A DNA stretch of 61,348 bases, counting the filler. It is 5 parts of 5 records of this genome, joined end to end, with 100 filler letters (N's around TTAATTAATTAA, not from the genome) between each part and the next. Parts side by side here need not be neighbours in the genome. Positions count along the whole stretch, not along the records: positions 1 to 7,907 come from SRR31156797_24028; positions 8,008 to 15,424 come from SRR31156797_24034; 3 more parts are not named here. One strand, 5' to 3'. The notes beneath the pieces are model-generated. The model had not been told where the DNA came from, searched no databases, and saw only the letters and a program-made list of their open reading frames with translations. A program made the position numbers and the translations under genes. Below, in pieces: positions 1 to 8,475 of this stretch (the first letter of the stretch is position 1; every line of letters starts with the position of its first letter).

Positions 1-151
1 TGTTTCTTGCTCTGCTTGCTCCGGTGGTTTCAGCTCTGGCATTATAAACAGTGTTTCTTGCTCTGCCTTTTCCGGTGGTTTTAGCTCCGGCATTTCAAAT
101 GCTGCTGTTTGCTCTGTCTGTATCGGTGGTTTTGACTCTGGCATTTCAAAC
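1..151 (-). repeat. 51-bp (17-aa) coding tandem repeat, at least 3 units, truncated by window edge
   Basis: FEMPESKPPIQTEQTAA / FEMPELKPPEKAEQETL / FIMPELKPPEQAEQET. Confidence 0.9.
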
Positions 152-825
152 ACTACCGTTTCTTCTGACTGTACGGATGTGACTGCATCAGTATCATTTT
201 GAGGAAATTCAGGTGTACTAATTTTTTCAGCTACCATTTCAGATAATGTAGCCTCATGGATATCATCATCTGCTGCAACCTGCATTACTGATTTGCTTTC
301 CTGAGCCGGGGTAGTTCTGGCAGTTTCAGCTTTTACTGGTTCAGAAATTGCTGATTCTTTCTTTTCCTTCTCAGTTGCCTGTAATTTGGCAGTCTCTAAA
401 CCGGGTTGTTCTGTATATGCCAAATCTATCTCTTCTGCAGAAATTACTTCATCTGCAGAATCAGTAGTATATGTATCTATTTTTTCTTCAAGATCAGGCA
501 TAATTTCTGATTCCACATTTTCTATGCCTGTACTTTCTTCCATATGCCCGGAAATTTCAGATTTGTCTGTATGATCCTGAGTCCCTATAATATTGCTTCT
601 TCCCGGGAAATTAGTTTCAATCATTTCAAGCCTGCTGGAAATGGTGTTCACTTCTTCCTTGAGGATCGCAAATCTTTCAGGCCATGGCAGCACTTCGTCT
701 GAAGGAGAATTCTCCAATGCGTCAAGCTCCCTCTCGATTAATTTTCTGATGAACAGGCTCTTATTCTCTATTACTTCCAATTTGTCAAAAAGTTCATCAG
801 ACATGCTGATAGTAAGTCGTTTCAT
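1..825 (-). CDS. Ribbon-helix-helix (CopG/Arc-like) N-terminal domain protein with long acidic low-complexity/repeat region; 3' end outside window
   Basis: Absent from ORF track. Manual translation from ATG at 825 gives MKRLTISMSDELFDKLEVIENKSLFIRKLIERELD..., an RHH beta-alpha-alpha pattern; frame stays open to base 1; E/S/T/P-rich. Confidence 0.8.
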   Translation of the reverse strand, partial: MKRLTISMSDELFDKLEVIENKSLFIRKLIERELDALENSPSDEVLPWPERFAILKEEVNTISSRLEMIETNFPGRSNIIGTQDHTDKSEISGHMEESTGIENVESEIMPDLEEKIDTYTTDSADEVISAEEIDLAYTEQPGLETAKLQATEKEKKESAISEPVKAETARTTPAQESKSVMQVAADDDIHEATLSEMVAEKISTPEFPQNDTDAVTSVQSEETVVFEMPESKPPIQTEQTAAFEMPELKPPEKAEQETLFIMPELKPPEQAEQET

Positions 826-1013
826 AGCAATCTCTCTTTGATGTTCATTTGTGTAGGATCATACTAGTGTATGCATATATCATACATATATAATTAATGG
901 AAATATATTTTTATGGACATGTTACATGCTGCATGTGTATGAATAAGAAATAAAAAATAAGAAAAATGGCAGTAGCTGCCTGACACAAAAAAAGACATGC
1001 ATGTGAGCGATGT

Positions 1014-1787
1014 TCACATTGACTTTTTACATTCGGGACAAGCCTTGCCCTTTGTAGTCTGGATAAACGAATGTTTTGGTGTTATGCACTTGCATAGGGG
1101 ACACAAATCATTGGCTTTAAATATTTTCTCTACTGACTGCAGATCAGCTTCATAGATATGGGTGTCCCATCCGGTGGATATCAGTGATTCAATCTCGTAA
1201 GGAAGGTCTTGTTCCCTGAATACTTTTTTGAATCCTTCTACAATAGCAGGGATGTTAGCAGGGAATCCTCCAAATGCGTCCCATGAACGATACAGCAGGT
1301 ATATTCTGACCTGCGTTTCATTAAGAAGTTCCACTTTGTATGCTATCCAGCATGGCTGGTCTTCAAATTTAGGGATGTGAACCTCATTTTCCCACAGGAC
1401 GCCTACATGTCTCCTTGAGCCGGGCCTCAGGTTACTTACATTTTCATGAAGTGTGTTGTATGCAGTTTCTCCATATCTGAACAGCTGTTTAGCATAGCAG
1501 TAGTCAAATTTCCTTTTATCGTCATCATTGAGTGAAACATACCAGTCAGCGTATTCTTCTGTGAGTTCTTCCTTGTATTTTTTGATTAGGTTTTCTCCAA
1601 AGGGAACAGCAAAGCTGACTTGCCTGTTGTTTACATCTTTGATTTGTATGGTGGCATGTATCCTCTTTGTTTTTGTTTTGTAGTCTGGCTCGTGTATCTC
1701 TCCCTTAGTGTGTATTTCATAAATCAACTGGGACCATGCAGATGCAATGGTTTTTGCTTTAATGAGTACGGCTTCCATATCGTTCAT
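1014..1787 (-). CDS. Thymidylate synthase (archaeal ThyA-type) family protein with C-terminal CxxC...CxxC zinc ribbon
   Basis: Motifs SRR, QPC (catalytic Cys), YRSWD-x-FGGFPAN, THIYE; C-terminal CPLC and CPEC. Confidence 0.8.
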   Translation of the reverse strand: MNDMEAVLIKAKTIASAWSQLIYEIHTKGEIHEPDYKTKTKRIHATIQIKDVNNRQVSFAVPFGENLIKKYKEELTEEYADWYVSLNDDDKRKFDYCYAKQLFRYGETAYNTLHENVSNLRPGSRRHVGVLWENEVHIPKFEDQPCWIAYKVELLNETQVRIYLLYRSWDAFGGFPANIPAIVEGFKKVFREQDLPYEIESLISTGWDTHIYEADLQSVEKIFKANDLCPLCKCITPKHSFIQTTKGKACPECKKSM

Positions 1788-1840
1788 CCCTTTGAAATAA
1801 AAATGGTTTTATTAAATTAAATGTATGCGCCTTGATATAA

Positions 1841-2704
1841 TCATTTTTGTTCTCTGTCAGTTGTCTGGGTGTTATGTTTTCCCACAAGTGCACTTGCAAG
1901 CATTATGGCTTTGGTATAGTGTCCTCCCACCCTTGAAGTATCCACAAACACGTAGTCATCCATCAATATGGGTGCACCAAGTCCGTCTCCTCCGCCAAGG
2001 AATACAAGTGTTCTGAATATCAGATTACCTGAAATACCATCAGGAGCAAGGATAAAATTTGCCTCCTTTATAGCATCCTCTATCAGTATTGTGTAATGCT
2101 TTGCATCTATTCCCTGTTCCTTAATCCTGTTGACGATGAAGTCTCCTTCAGCCAGCGTTTGGTCAACACGGGGGTTTCTTCCCAGATCTCCAATCCTTCC
2201 TCCTGAAAGGATGCCTACCACTGGTTCAATGTCAAATCTGCGGATATATTCTACACCAAGTTTTATGAACTCGATTTTGTCAGCTAGTTCATTACCTTCA
2301 TCTATGCCCACAGGTGCTATGAAAAAAGGATCTCCGCTGTTTGTCTGCAGCAATGCAATGCGATGCAGTTTCTCTTGATCCAGTATTTTCTTAAGGTGAG
2401 TCAGTGTCTGGGATGCTCCTGCAGTTCCCCTTACGGCTGCATCGATGTATCTGGATTTAAGTAGGTCACCCAGAGTTCTTTCCGGGTCATTGGTCCCAAT
2501 AATCTCGAGGTCAGTTCCTATTTCCTCAATTTCTTTTTTATTTCCTACCAGCAGTACGTGAGCATAACCTGCTTCATGTGCTTCCCTGGCACTTTTAAGC
2601 ATTTTAGGACTGGGATTGCGTACTCCTATGGCAACTCTTGCCTTATTCTGTAATGCCCTTTTTTCTATCAGGCCAAGAAGGTTTTCTGTACTTTTTGATA
2701 CCAT
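1841..2704 (-). CDS. mtxX: Methanogenesis marker protein MtxX (Mmp4); likely start MVSKS at 2704
   Basis: Motifs [16 protein letters not shown], LSGGRxGDLGR, [26 protein letters not shown]. Confidence 0.85.
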   Translation of the reverse strand: MVSKSTENLLGLIEKRALQNKARVAIGVRNPSPKMLKSAREAHEAGYAHVLLVGNKKEIEEIGTDLEIIGTNDPERTLGDLLKSRYIDAAVRGTAGASQTLTHLKKILDQEKLHRIALLQTNSGDPFFIAPVGIDEGNELADKIEFIKLGVEYIRRFDIEPVVGILSGGRIGDLGRNPRVDQTLAEGDFIVNRIKEQGIDAKHYTILIEDAIKEANFILAPDGISGNLIFRTLVFLGGGDGLGAPILMDDYVFVDTSRVGGHYTKAIMLASALVGKHNTQTTDREQK

Positions 2705-2791
2705 AGCAAGATACCTACCATTATTAATATCAACTAAAAGAGACAAAGTGGTGCAAACATTAATTACTTTTCCTGAATATTGGGTATAATC

Positions 2792-4276
2792 ATGACTGTG
2801 CAGATGGAATGGGCAGAAAAGTACAGGCCACATACACTTGATGATGTGGTTGGTCACAAAAAAGTAATAAGTGATCTCCGAAAATGGGGCGAACAATGGG
2901 AGCATGGTGTGCCAGAATTAAAGGCAGCGCTGCTGCATGGTTCAGCTGGCATCGGAAAGACGTCTTCTGCACATGCTCTTGCAGATGATCTGGGTTGGGA
3001 AGTAATCGAACTCAATGCCAGTGACCAGAGAACTGCTGGTGTAATCGAAAAGATTGCAGGTTCTGCTTCTACTATGAGCACGCTTACTGGTTCCTCTGCA
3101 AAAAGGATGATAGTACTTGACGAGGCCGATAATCTTCATGGGAATAGTGACCGCGGAGGTTCCCGAGCAATAATCGATGTTGTCAAAAAAACAAACCAGC
3201 CTGTTGTTCTTATTGCCAATGACCTGTATGGTATTTCTTCTTCATTACGCTCGTTATGTCTTGAACTTAAATTTGGTTCTGTGCAGTCTCGTTCCATGAT
3301 TCCTGCCCTCAAAAGGATCGCACAGCAGGAAGGTATCATGTGTGGAGTAGGGGTTATTGAAAAGATCGCTGCATCAGCTGATGGAGATTTCAGAAGTGCT
3401 GTAAACGATCTCCAGGCAGTGGCCCTGGGTCGCACAGAAATTGAAATAGAAGATATATCCACATCTGATCGTGACAATAAGGAATCTATTTTCAAGGTTG
3501 TTGGCAGGATATTCAAGGGCAAGGATGTGTCTTCAGCACTCGACGCTACTTACAATCTTAATGAGACTCCTGAGGACCTTATTCACTGGATTTGTGAGAA
3601 CCTGCCTTATCAGTACACAGGAAAAGGCGAAGAAGCACTTACAGAGGACATTATTCATGGATATACTTACATCTCTCGGGCTGATCGTTTTCTGGGTCGT
3701 GTGCGCAGGCGCCAGAACTATCGTATGTGGCGTTATGCGGGCATGTTAATGACTGGTGGGACTGTAGTATCAAAGACACGAGTACGAGGTGGTTTTGTCA
3801 GGTATCAGCCACCTTCACTGTGGAGAAAAATGGGTCAGATGCGCGCTAAAAAGAATATGCGCAATAATATTGCTGTAAAGGTTGGTGCGCATTGCAATGA
3901 ATCCATGCGCTATTCCCGGCTTGAAGTGGCAAGTCTGTATTCAAAGCTTTTACAGACTGAAGGGTATGACAGGGAAGTTATTGCAGCACTTGGTCTGGAC
4001 ATGGATGAATTACTTTATTTGCTGGGTGCTAAAAAGGTAACTAAAAAAATCCAGCTGGTATATGATGAGGCACAAAAACTGCGCACATCTGCTTATCCTT
4101 CAGACGAACCTGCCTTTTTTGTGGAAAAAACAGCATCTAAGTCTAAAAAAGACCCTTCTCAAATGAGTCTTGACAAGTTGCCAATTCCTTCTCAGGATGG
4201 AAGCGTTTCTGAAAAAACATCAGTTTCAAAGGATAAACCTGCAAAGAAACCTCAGAAGACTCTCTTTGATTTCTGA
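2792..4276 (+). CDS. rfcL: Replication factor C large subunit
   Basis: WAEKYRP, Walker A GSAGIGKTS, IELNASDQR, Walker B LDEAD, C-terminal PIP box QKTLFDF. Confidence 0.95.
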   Translation: MTVQMEWAEKYRPHTLDDVVGHKKVISDLRKWGEQWEHGVPELKAALLHGSAGIGKTSSAHALADDLGWEVIELNASDQRTAGVIEKIAGSASTMSTLTGSSAKRMIVLDEADNLHGNSDRGGSRAIIDVVKKTNQPVVLIANDLYGISSSLRSLCLELKFGSVQSRSMIPALKRIAQQEGIMCGVGVIEKIAASADGDFRSAVNDLQAVALGRTEIEIEDISTSDRDNKESIFKVVGRIFKGKDVSSALDATYNLNETPEDLIHWICENLPYQYTGKGEEALTEDIIHGYTYISRADRFLGRVRRRQNYRMWRYAGMLMTGGTVVSKTRVRGGFVRYQPPSLWRKMGQMRAKKNMRNNIAVKVGAHCNESMRYSRLEVASLYSKLLQTEGYDREVIAALGLDMDELLYLLGAKKVTKKIQLVYDEAQKLRTSAYPSDEPAFFVEKTASKSKKDPSQMSLDKLPIPSQDGSVSEKTSVSKDKPAKKPQKTLFDF

Positions 4277-4679
4277 GCTTGTTTGCTTGGTTAATTTCTA
4301 TATGTGTGGACACGGTGTAATTGATGATATCTTCTACATTGATATATCTATATTAAATAATAGACTTTTCATTATCGCTATTATTTAGTACACTATTAAT
4401 AGTATATATTGTTAATAATACCTGTCGCAGTATCATGGTTTTGTATTATTAGATCAACTAGGGATTTCTGAAGTATGAATGATTCAATCTCATAATGCAC
4501 AATTATTTGTAAAGTCTGTTTATTCTGTAGGATTTATTTAACCCTATAGAAAAAAGGATTCTTTTATTATTATATGGTTTATTATGAAATATACTAAAAG
4601 TAATATTCATTGACAGATAGAACTTTTACATTCAGTAAGTTAATTTTTCATACAGACTTATAGGTGATTCAATGAAAAC

Positions 4680-4755
4680 AGTAAAAATGGAGTGGAGTAT
4701 GAGCGGGTTGGGGAGTGGGGGTTATTGTCAAAAAGAGGATAACCCGCTCATCTAA
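4680..4755 (-). ncRNA. Candidate small RNA, copy 1 (hairpin enclosing C-rich loop)
   Basis: 11-bp stem 4699-4709/4741-4751; minus-strand TTTATATA at 4777-4784 about 25 nt upstream; T-rich 3' end; 25-nt identity with 7126-7150. Confidence 0.6.
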
Positions 4756-4776
4756 TCTGTATTATATCTATTACAG

Positions 4777-4784
4777 TATATAAA
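4777..4784 (-). promoter_or_regulatory. Archaeal TATA box for candidate sRNA copy 1
   Basis: TTTATATA on minus strand at canonical distance from the hairpin. Confidence 0.55.
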
Positions 4785-5120
4785 GCTTACTATGATACTC
4801 ATAATGATGATGAGGTGCTGTTTTCAATGTTTCCTTTTGATATTGAATCTACATGTTTATGATCTTTCTCAATTAATATGAAATGCACATAGATACCCAC
4901 TAAATACCTTACATCCCACTTTTGTCTAGTGACTATAAATGATAATTGGAGTAATTATGCCCATTTTCTTCCTTTTTGAAATAAAAGTGATATCCATTCT
5001 CTTATTAGATATGTCAATTTATTATTCATTCACAGGTCAGAGAGACGTTGTTACCATAGCCATCTGAACTAAGGTTTTGTCTTCCATTGAATGTAAATTC
5101 CGGATAAATCATGGGCTTTA

Positions 5121-5522
5121 GGCTCTGTAGAATTCCTCATTTGAATGGCCTGCGTGATCATGCAGACCAGTCATGATTGCACACCCTCCATTTTGTAAAA
5201 ATCCCACGGTTTTTAATTACCAGTATGCAGAAAAAATTAAAGTCAATATATTCTGTCATCATCGTTTCGGATCGTGCTGGCTTCGCCGGGATCCTCCGGG
5301 ATGGTTGAAGTTGTTCATACTTTTTGATTAGTTTAACTAGTTCTTCCCTGCTAGCCTTATGTTTCCGATAGTTATACAAAAAATCATTAAAAAGCAAGAA
5401 GCAGTTTGATTACCCGCCGCATGCGGCATGTTCCTTCGCAACCATCCTGGAGACTAATTAAATAATTCTATTATTGAAAGTTACTGAGTTCAAAGTCACA
5501 ATTTGCAGGTTTATACAGAGTC
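5121..5522 (-). mobile_element. ~400-bp non-coding MITE-like element with imperfect terminal inverted repeats (copy A)
   Basis: Ends GGCTCTGTAGAA (5121-5132) and TTATACAGAGTC (5511-5522), 10/12 inverted match; reverse complement is colinear with 46596-46998. Confidence 0.7.
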
Positions 5523-5542
5523 CAGATATACATGTATTATAT

Positions 5543-5770
5543 TCATTTTTTCAGCTGCTTTTTTGCCATCATACCCGTGACTGTTGTGTAAGCAAAAATA
5601 ATTACTCCCAGCCACAATATAGGATCACCTATCTCCTTATACCCCAAAATAGAAAGTGCAAGACCTGCACTAAGAATAAGGACATTGACTTTAAGCAGTT
5701 GTTTGTTACGACGAAGAATGGCAATGTTCTTTTGCCTTTTACTAATCATTTCTTTCTTGTTCATGTTCAT
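5543..5770 (-). CDS. Small two-helix membrane protein, hypothetical
   Basis: 75 aa, two hydrophobic segments, 4 bp downstream of sua5. Confidence 0.7.
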   Translation of the reverse strand: MNMNKKEMISKRQKNIAILRRNKQLLKVNVLILSAGLALSILGYKEIGDPILWLGVIIFAYTTVTGMMAKKQLKK

Positions 5771-5774
5771 TAGA

Positions 5775-6827
5775 CTACACCCTGATAATCATATCTGATG
5801 CTTTGCGCACTCTGTTGAAAACTGCCATACCAATTCCATCCTGTCTAAAAGAACCGTCCACTACAATCACATCAACCTTTTTTTCATCCAGGTAACGTAA
5901 TCCATAGAACAGGTTCTTTGCAGCATTCTCCGGTTTGTCCTTTTCTCCAAGGGAATAAAATAATTTTCCTGGAAAAATCGATACTGATTCAGATGTAAGC
6001 AGAAGTCCTATGCCTGCACCCCTCAATTCCAGATCATCCAGAAGCTCCTTTATTCTGGAAACTACTCTGTTATGTTTTCCTTCAACTAGAATTACACTGG
6101 ATTCTGGCGAATAATGGATATATTTCATCCCTGGTGAACGCACTGTTTCACTCTCAGGGTGAACCTTATCATCATAACCTATTCTGACTTCTCCTACACA
6201 TTCTTCCAGTTCCTTCTTGCTTACTTTTCCAGGTCTCAGGATAACAGGGATTTCAGCAGTTACATCAACAACCGTTGATTCAACACCTATGACAACATCT
6301 CCGCCATTAATGACAGCATCAATTCTTCCACCAAGATCTCTTAAAACATGGTCTGCAGTTGTTGGACTTGGTTTCCCGGAAAGGTTTGCACTTGGAGCAG
6401 CTATGCATTTTCCTGAATACTTTATAAGGTCAAGGGCGATTCTGTTTTCAGGCATTCTTACAGCCACAGTATCCAGGCCTCCCGTGGTAATATCGGGGAC
6501 ATATTCCTGTCGCGTCATTACAAGACTTAAAGGACCCGGCCAGAATTTATCCATCAAAAGAGATGCTTTATCGGGTATGTTCCTGACAAGTTTCTTGCAT
6601 CCCTCTCTGGAATCAACATGAACTATTAGTGGATTATCTGCTGGTCTGCCCTTTGCTTCAAATATCCTGGCCACAGCTTTTTCGTTAAGTGCATCTGCCC
6701 CAAGACCATAGACTGTTTCAGTGGGAAAGGCAACAATTCCTCCACTACTGAGTATACGTGCTGCTTCCTGAATCTGCTCTTCACGAGCCTGCTTGCTTAT
6801 ACGGAACACCTTTGTATCTTTATTCAT
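5775..6827 (-). CDS. sua5: L-threonylcarbamoyladenylate synthase (Sua5 type, with SUA5 C-terminal domain)
   Basis: AFPTETVYGLGA, KGRPADNPLIVH, AAPSANLSG, PGMKYxHYSP. Confidence 0.95.
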   Translation of the reverse strand: MNKDTKVFRISKQAREEQIQEAARILSSGGIVAFPTETVYGLGADALNEKAVARIFEAKGRPADNPLIVHVDSREGCKKLVRNIPDKASLLMDKFWPGPLSLVMTRQEYVPDITTGGLDTVAVRMPENRIALDLIKYSGKCIAAPSANLSGKPSPTTADHVLRDLGGRIDAVINGGDVVIGVESTVVDVTAEIPVILRPGKVSKKELEECVGEVRIGYDDKVHPESETVRSPGMKYIHYSPESSVILVEGKHNRVVSRIKELLDDLELRGAGIGLLLTSESVSIFPGKLFYSLGEKDKPENAAKNLFYGLRYLDEKKVDVIVVDGSFRQDGIGMAVFNRVRKASDMIIRV

Positions 6828-7046
6828 GGCCTGATCAGAGTTTAAGGCTGATACATTGATAATGCATCTGCAATGGACTATAAATGTTTGATATTGGTTT
6901 TACAGAGAGATGAAGTTATAATATATAGCAATACTCATGAATTATTTTGTTCACAGATGTGACTAATATATATAATTTTAATATGACAATGATGCCATAT
7001 TGAATTATATTTTATCCTTTTACGATATATTTTTTTAAGTATGGCC

Positions 7047-7069
7047 CGAAAAAGGTAACCCTTTTATAC
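7047..7069 (+). promoter_or_regulatory. BRE/TATA-like promoter for candidate sRNA copy 2
   Basis: Purine run CGAAAAAGG followed by TTTTATAC (7062-7069), about 22 nt before the hairpin. Confidence 0.5.
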
Positions 7070-7087
7070 TATAGTTCCATCTAGTCA

Positions 7088-7160
7088 CGCTGTGAGCGGG
7101 TCTGTTTTTAACCCCACTCCCACACTAACCCCCACTCCCCAACCCGCTCACGTTACTATA
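7088..7160 (+). ncRNA. Candidate small RNA, copy 2 (hairpin enclosing two CCCCACUCCC motifs)
   Basis: 10-bp stem GTGAGCGGGT 7092-7101 / ACCCGCTCAC 7142-7151; loop has two AACCCC(C)ACTCCC units. Confidence 0.6.
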
Positions 7161-7222
7161 ATGGGGAAAGAAGAATAAAGAACACTCGATTATTACTTCT
7201 CTGAAAGGGTGCTTGAAAGTGT

Positions 7223-7592
7223 GTGATCGTAGGCCTGATATGGTCTATTGGATTTTATATTGCAGGAATAAATGGCTGTTTCTTCCTTGGACTCATTACA
7301 GGAATTCTCATCATTGTACCATATATCGGTCCTGTGTTAGGTGTATTCTACGGTGATAGTTGCTTTCAGTATAAGTCCCATCACTGTCGTTCTGGTGATG
7401 ATCACTGTCGTCATAGCTCAGCTTGTGTACAACCTCTATCTTATTCTTTACGTGATCTCGACCAAAGGTGATGTAGATCCCTTACTCAGTATACTTCTGC
7501 CAATCATCTTTGCGGACATACTGGGTGCTCTGGGCATGATACTTTCTATCCCTGCCTATGTCGTCTATAAAGTTGTACTAACTGAATTCTAG
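7223..7592 (+). pseudogene. AI-2E family transporter remnant (5'-truncated, frameshifted near 7345)
   Basis: Frame 1 ...LGLITGILIIVPYIGPVLG; frame 2 ...AQLVYN...DPLLSILL...LGALGMILSIP, together the C-terminal half of an AI-2E permease. Confidence 0.7.
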
Positions 7593-7907
7593 AATAAAGT
7601 GTTGAAGATATACTCAGATGAGTAAGATCTACTTTGTATTGGGCGTATTTTATTATTTGTTGTTATCGAAGCGCTGTAGAAATGCTTATTTGATAAATAG
7701 GTACAAGGAATAATGAATTTGTGAAGTGGGTTCCAGACTAAAAACCAGGAATAAACAAAATCATTACTTTGTGTTTTTGATTACAGGTAACACTCAGGTG
7801 AATAATAATTCTTTTAAATTATAATTGAAAAAGAAAAAAAGAAGTAATTTTTTAACAGATAATCTTTTTGATGTAATCTACCAAATTATACCTTTAATTC
7901 CTTCAGA

Positions 7908-8007
7908 NNNNNNNNNNNNNNNNNNNNNNNNNNNNNNNNNNNNNNNNNNNNTTAATTAATTAANNNNNNNNNNNNNNNNNNNNNNNNNNNNNNNNNNNNN
8001 NNNNNNN
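7908..8007. other. Artificial contig-joining spacer
   Basis: N run + TTAATTAATTAA (7952-7963, stops in all six frames) + N run. Confidence 0.98.
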
Positions 8008-8008
8008 A

Positions 8009-8386
8009 TTAGAAGGAGAATTAACTTTAACTGAAGCAGTTTCTTCAGGAACTGTTGAAACTTCTGAAGCTTTAGATGCTAAAGCAATCATCGCTTTAAC
8101 TGAAACTGGAGCTACAGTAAGAAACATCAGAAAATTATTCCCTACTGCTATGATTTTAGCAATCACTCCAAATGCACAAACTGCAAGACAGTTAATGCTT
8201 ACAAGAGGAGTTTATCCTACAGTTGTTGAAGGAATCAACACAGCTGAAGAAATGAACACAAAAGCTATGGAAGTTGCTGCTAACACAGACTTCATCGTTG
8301 ATGGAGATGTAGTTGTAATGACTTCAGGAGAACACAGTAAAGCTGGAACAACTAACTTAATGAGAGTTGCAGTTGTAAAAAAATAA
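8009..8386 (+). CDS. pyk: Pyruvate kinase, C-terminal part (5' end outside contig)
   Basis: TEAVSSGTVETSEALDAKAIIALTETGATVRNIRKLFP...ARQLMLTRGVYP...GDVVVMTSG...GTTNLMRV. Confidence 0.92.
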   Translation, partial: LEGELTLTEAVSSGTVETSEALDAKAIIALTETGATVRNIRKLFPTAMILAITPNAQTARQLMLTRGVYPTVVEGINTAEEMNTKAMEVAANTDFIVDGDVVVMTSGEHSKAGTTNLMRVAVVKK

Positions 8387-8407
8387 TTATTAAATTAATT
8401 TATATTT

Positions 8408-8434
8408 TAAAGAGGGTTTTTGACCCTCTTTTTT
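8408..8434 (+). terminator. Rho-independent terminator after pyk
   Basis: AAAGAGGGT-loop-ACCCTCTTT plus T run. Confidence 0.8.
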
Positions 8435-8475
8435 ATATGTAAAAAAATACAAACTTGTAAGCTGAAAGATTTTTT

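Noticed and set aside
1-151. 51-bp repeats as a CRISPR array
   Set aside because: Contiguous in-frame coding repeats without unique spacers; no cas genes in the window
386-841. Plus-strand ORFs 386-574 and 593-841
   Set aside because: Ser-rich antisense shadows of the minus-strand RHH gene
2705-2905. N-terminal extension of mtxX in the ORF track
   Set aside because: Overlaps the divergent rfcL start and the intergenic promoter region; the recognisable protein begins at MVSKS (2704)
5158-5397. 79-aa ORF, plus ORFs 46604-46786 and 46689-46904
   Set aside because: They lie inside the ~400-bp element and have no recognisable domain. 5158-5397 and 46689-46904 share only a short PAKPAR stretch, which follows from the conserved hairpin DNA, and differ in start, stop and the rest of the sequence
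4700-7150. 25-bp inverted repeats as ends of a 2.4-kb transposon
   Set aside because: Enclosed DNA carries housekeeping sua5 and no transposase; each repeat sits in its own hairpin with its own TATA box
7952-7963. Repeated TTAATTAATTAA palindrome (also at 15469, 42888, 52168)
   Set aside because: Always embedded in N runs; an artificial six-frame-stop linker
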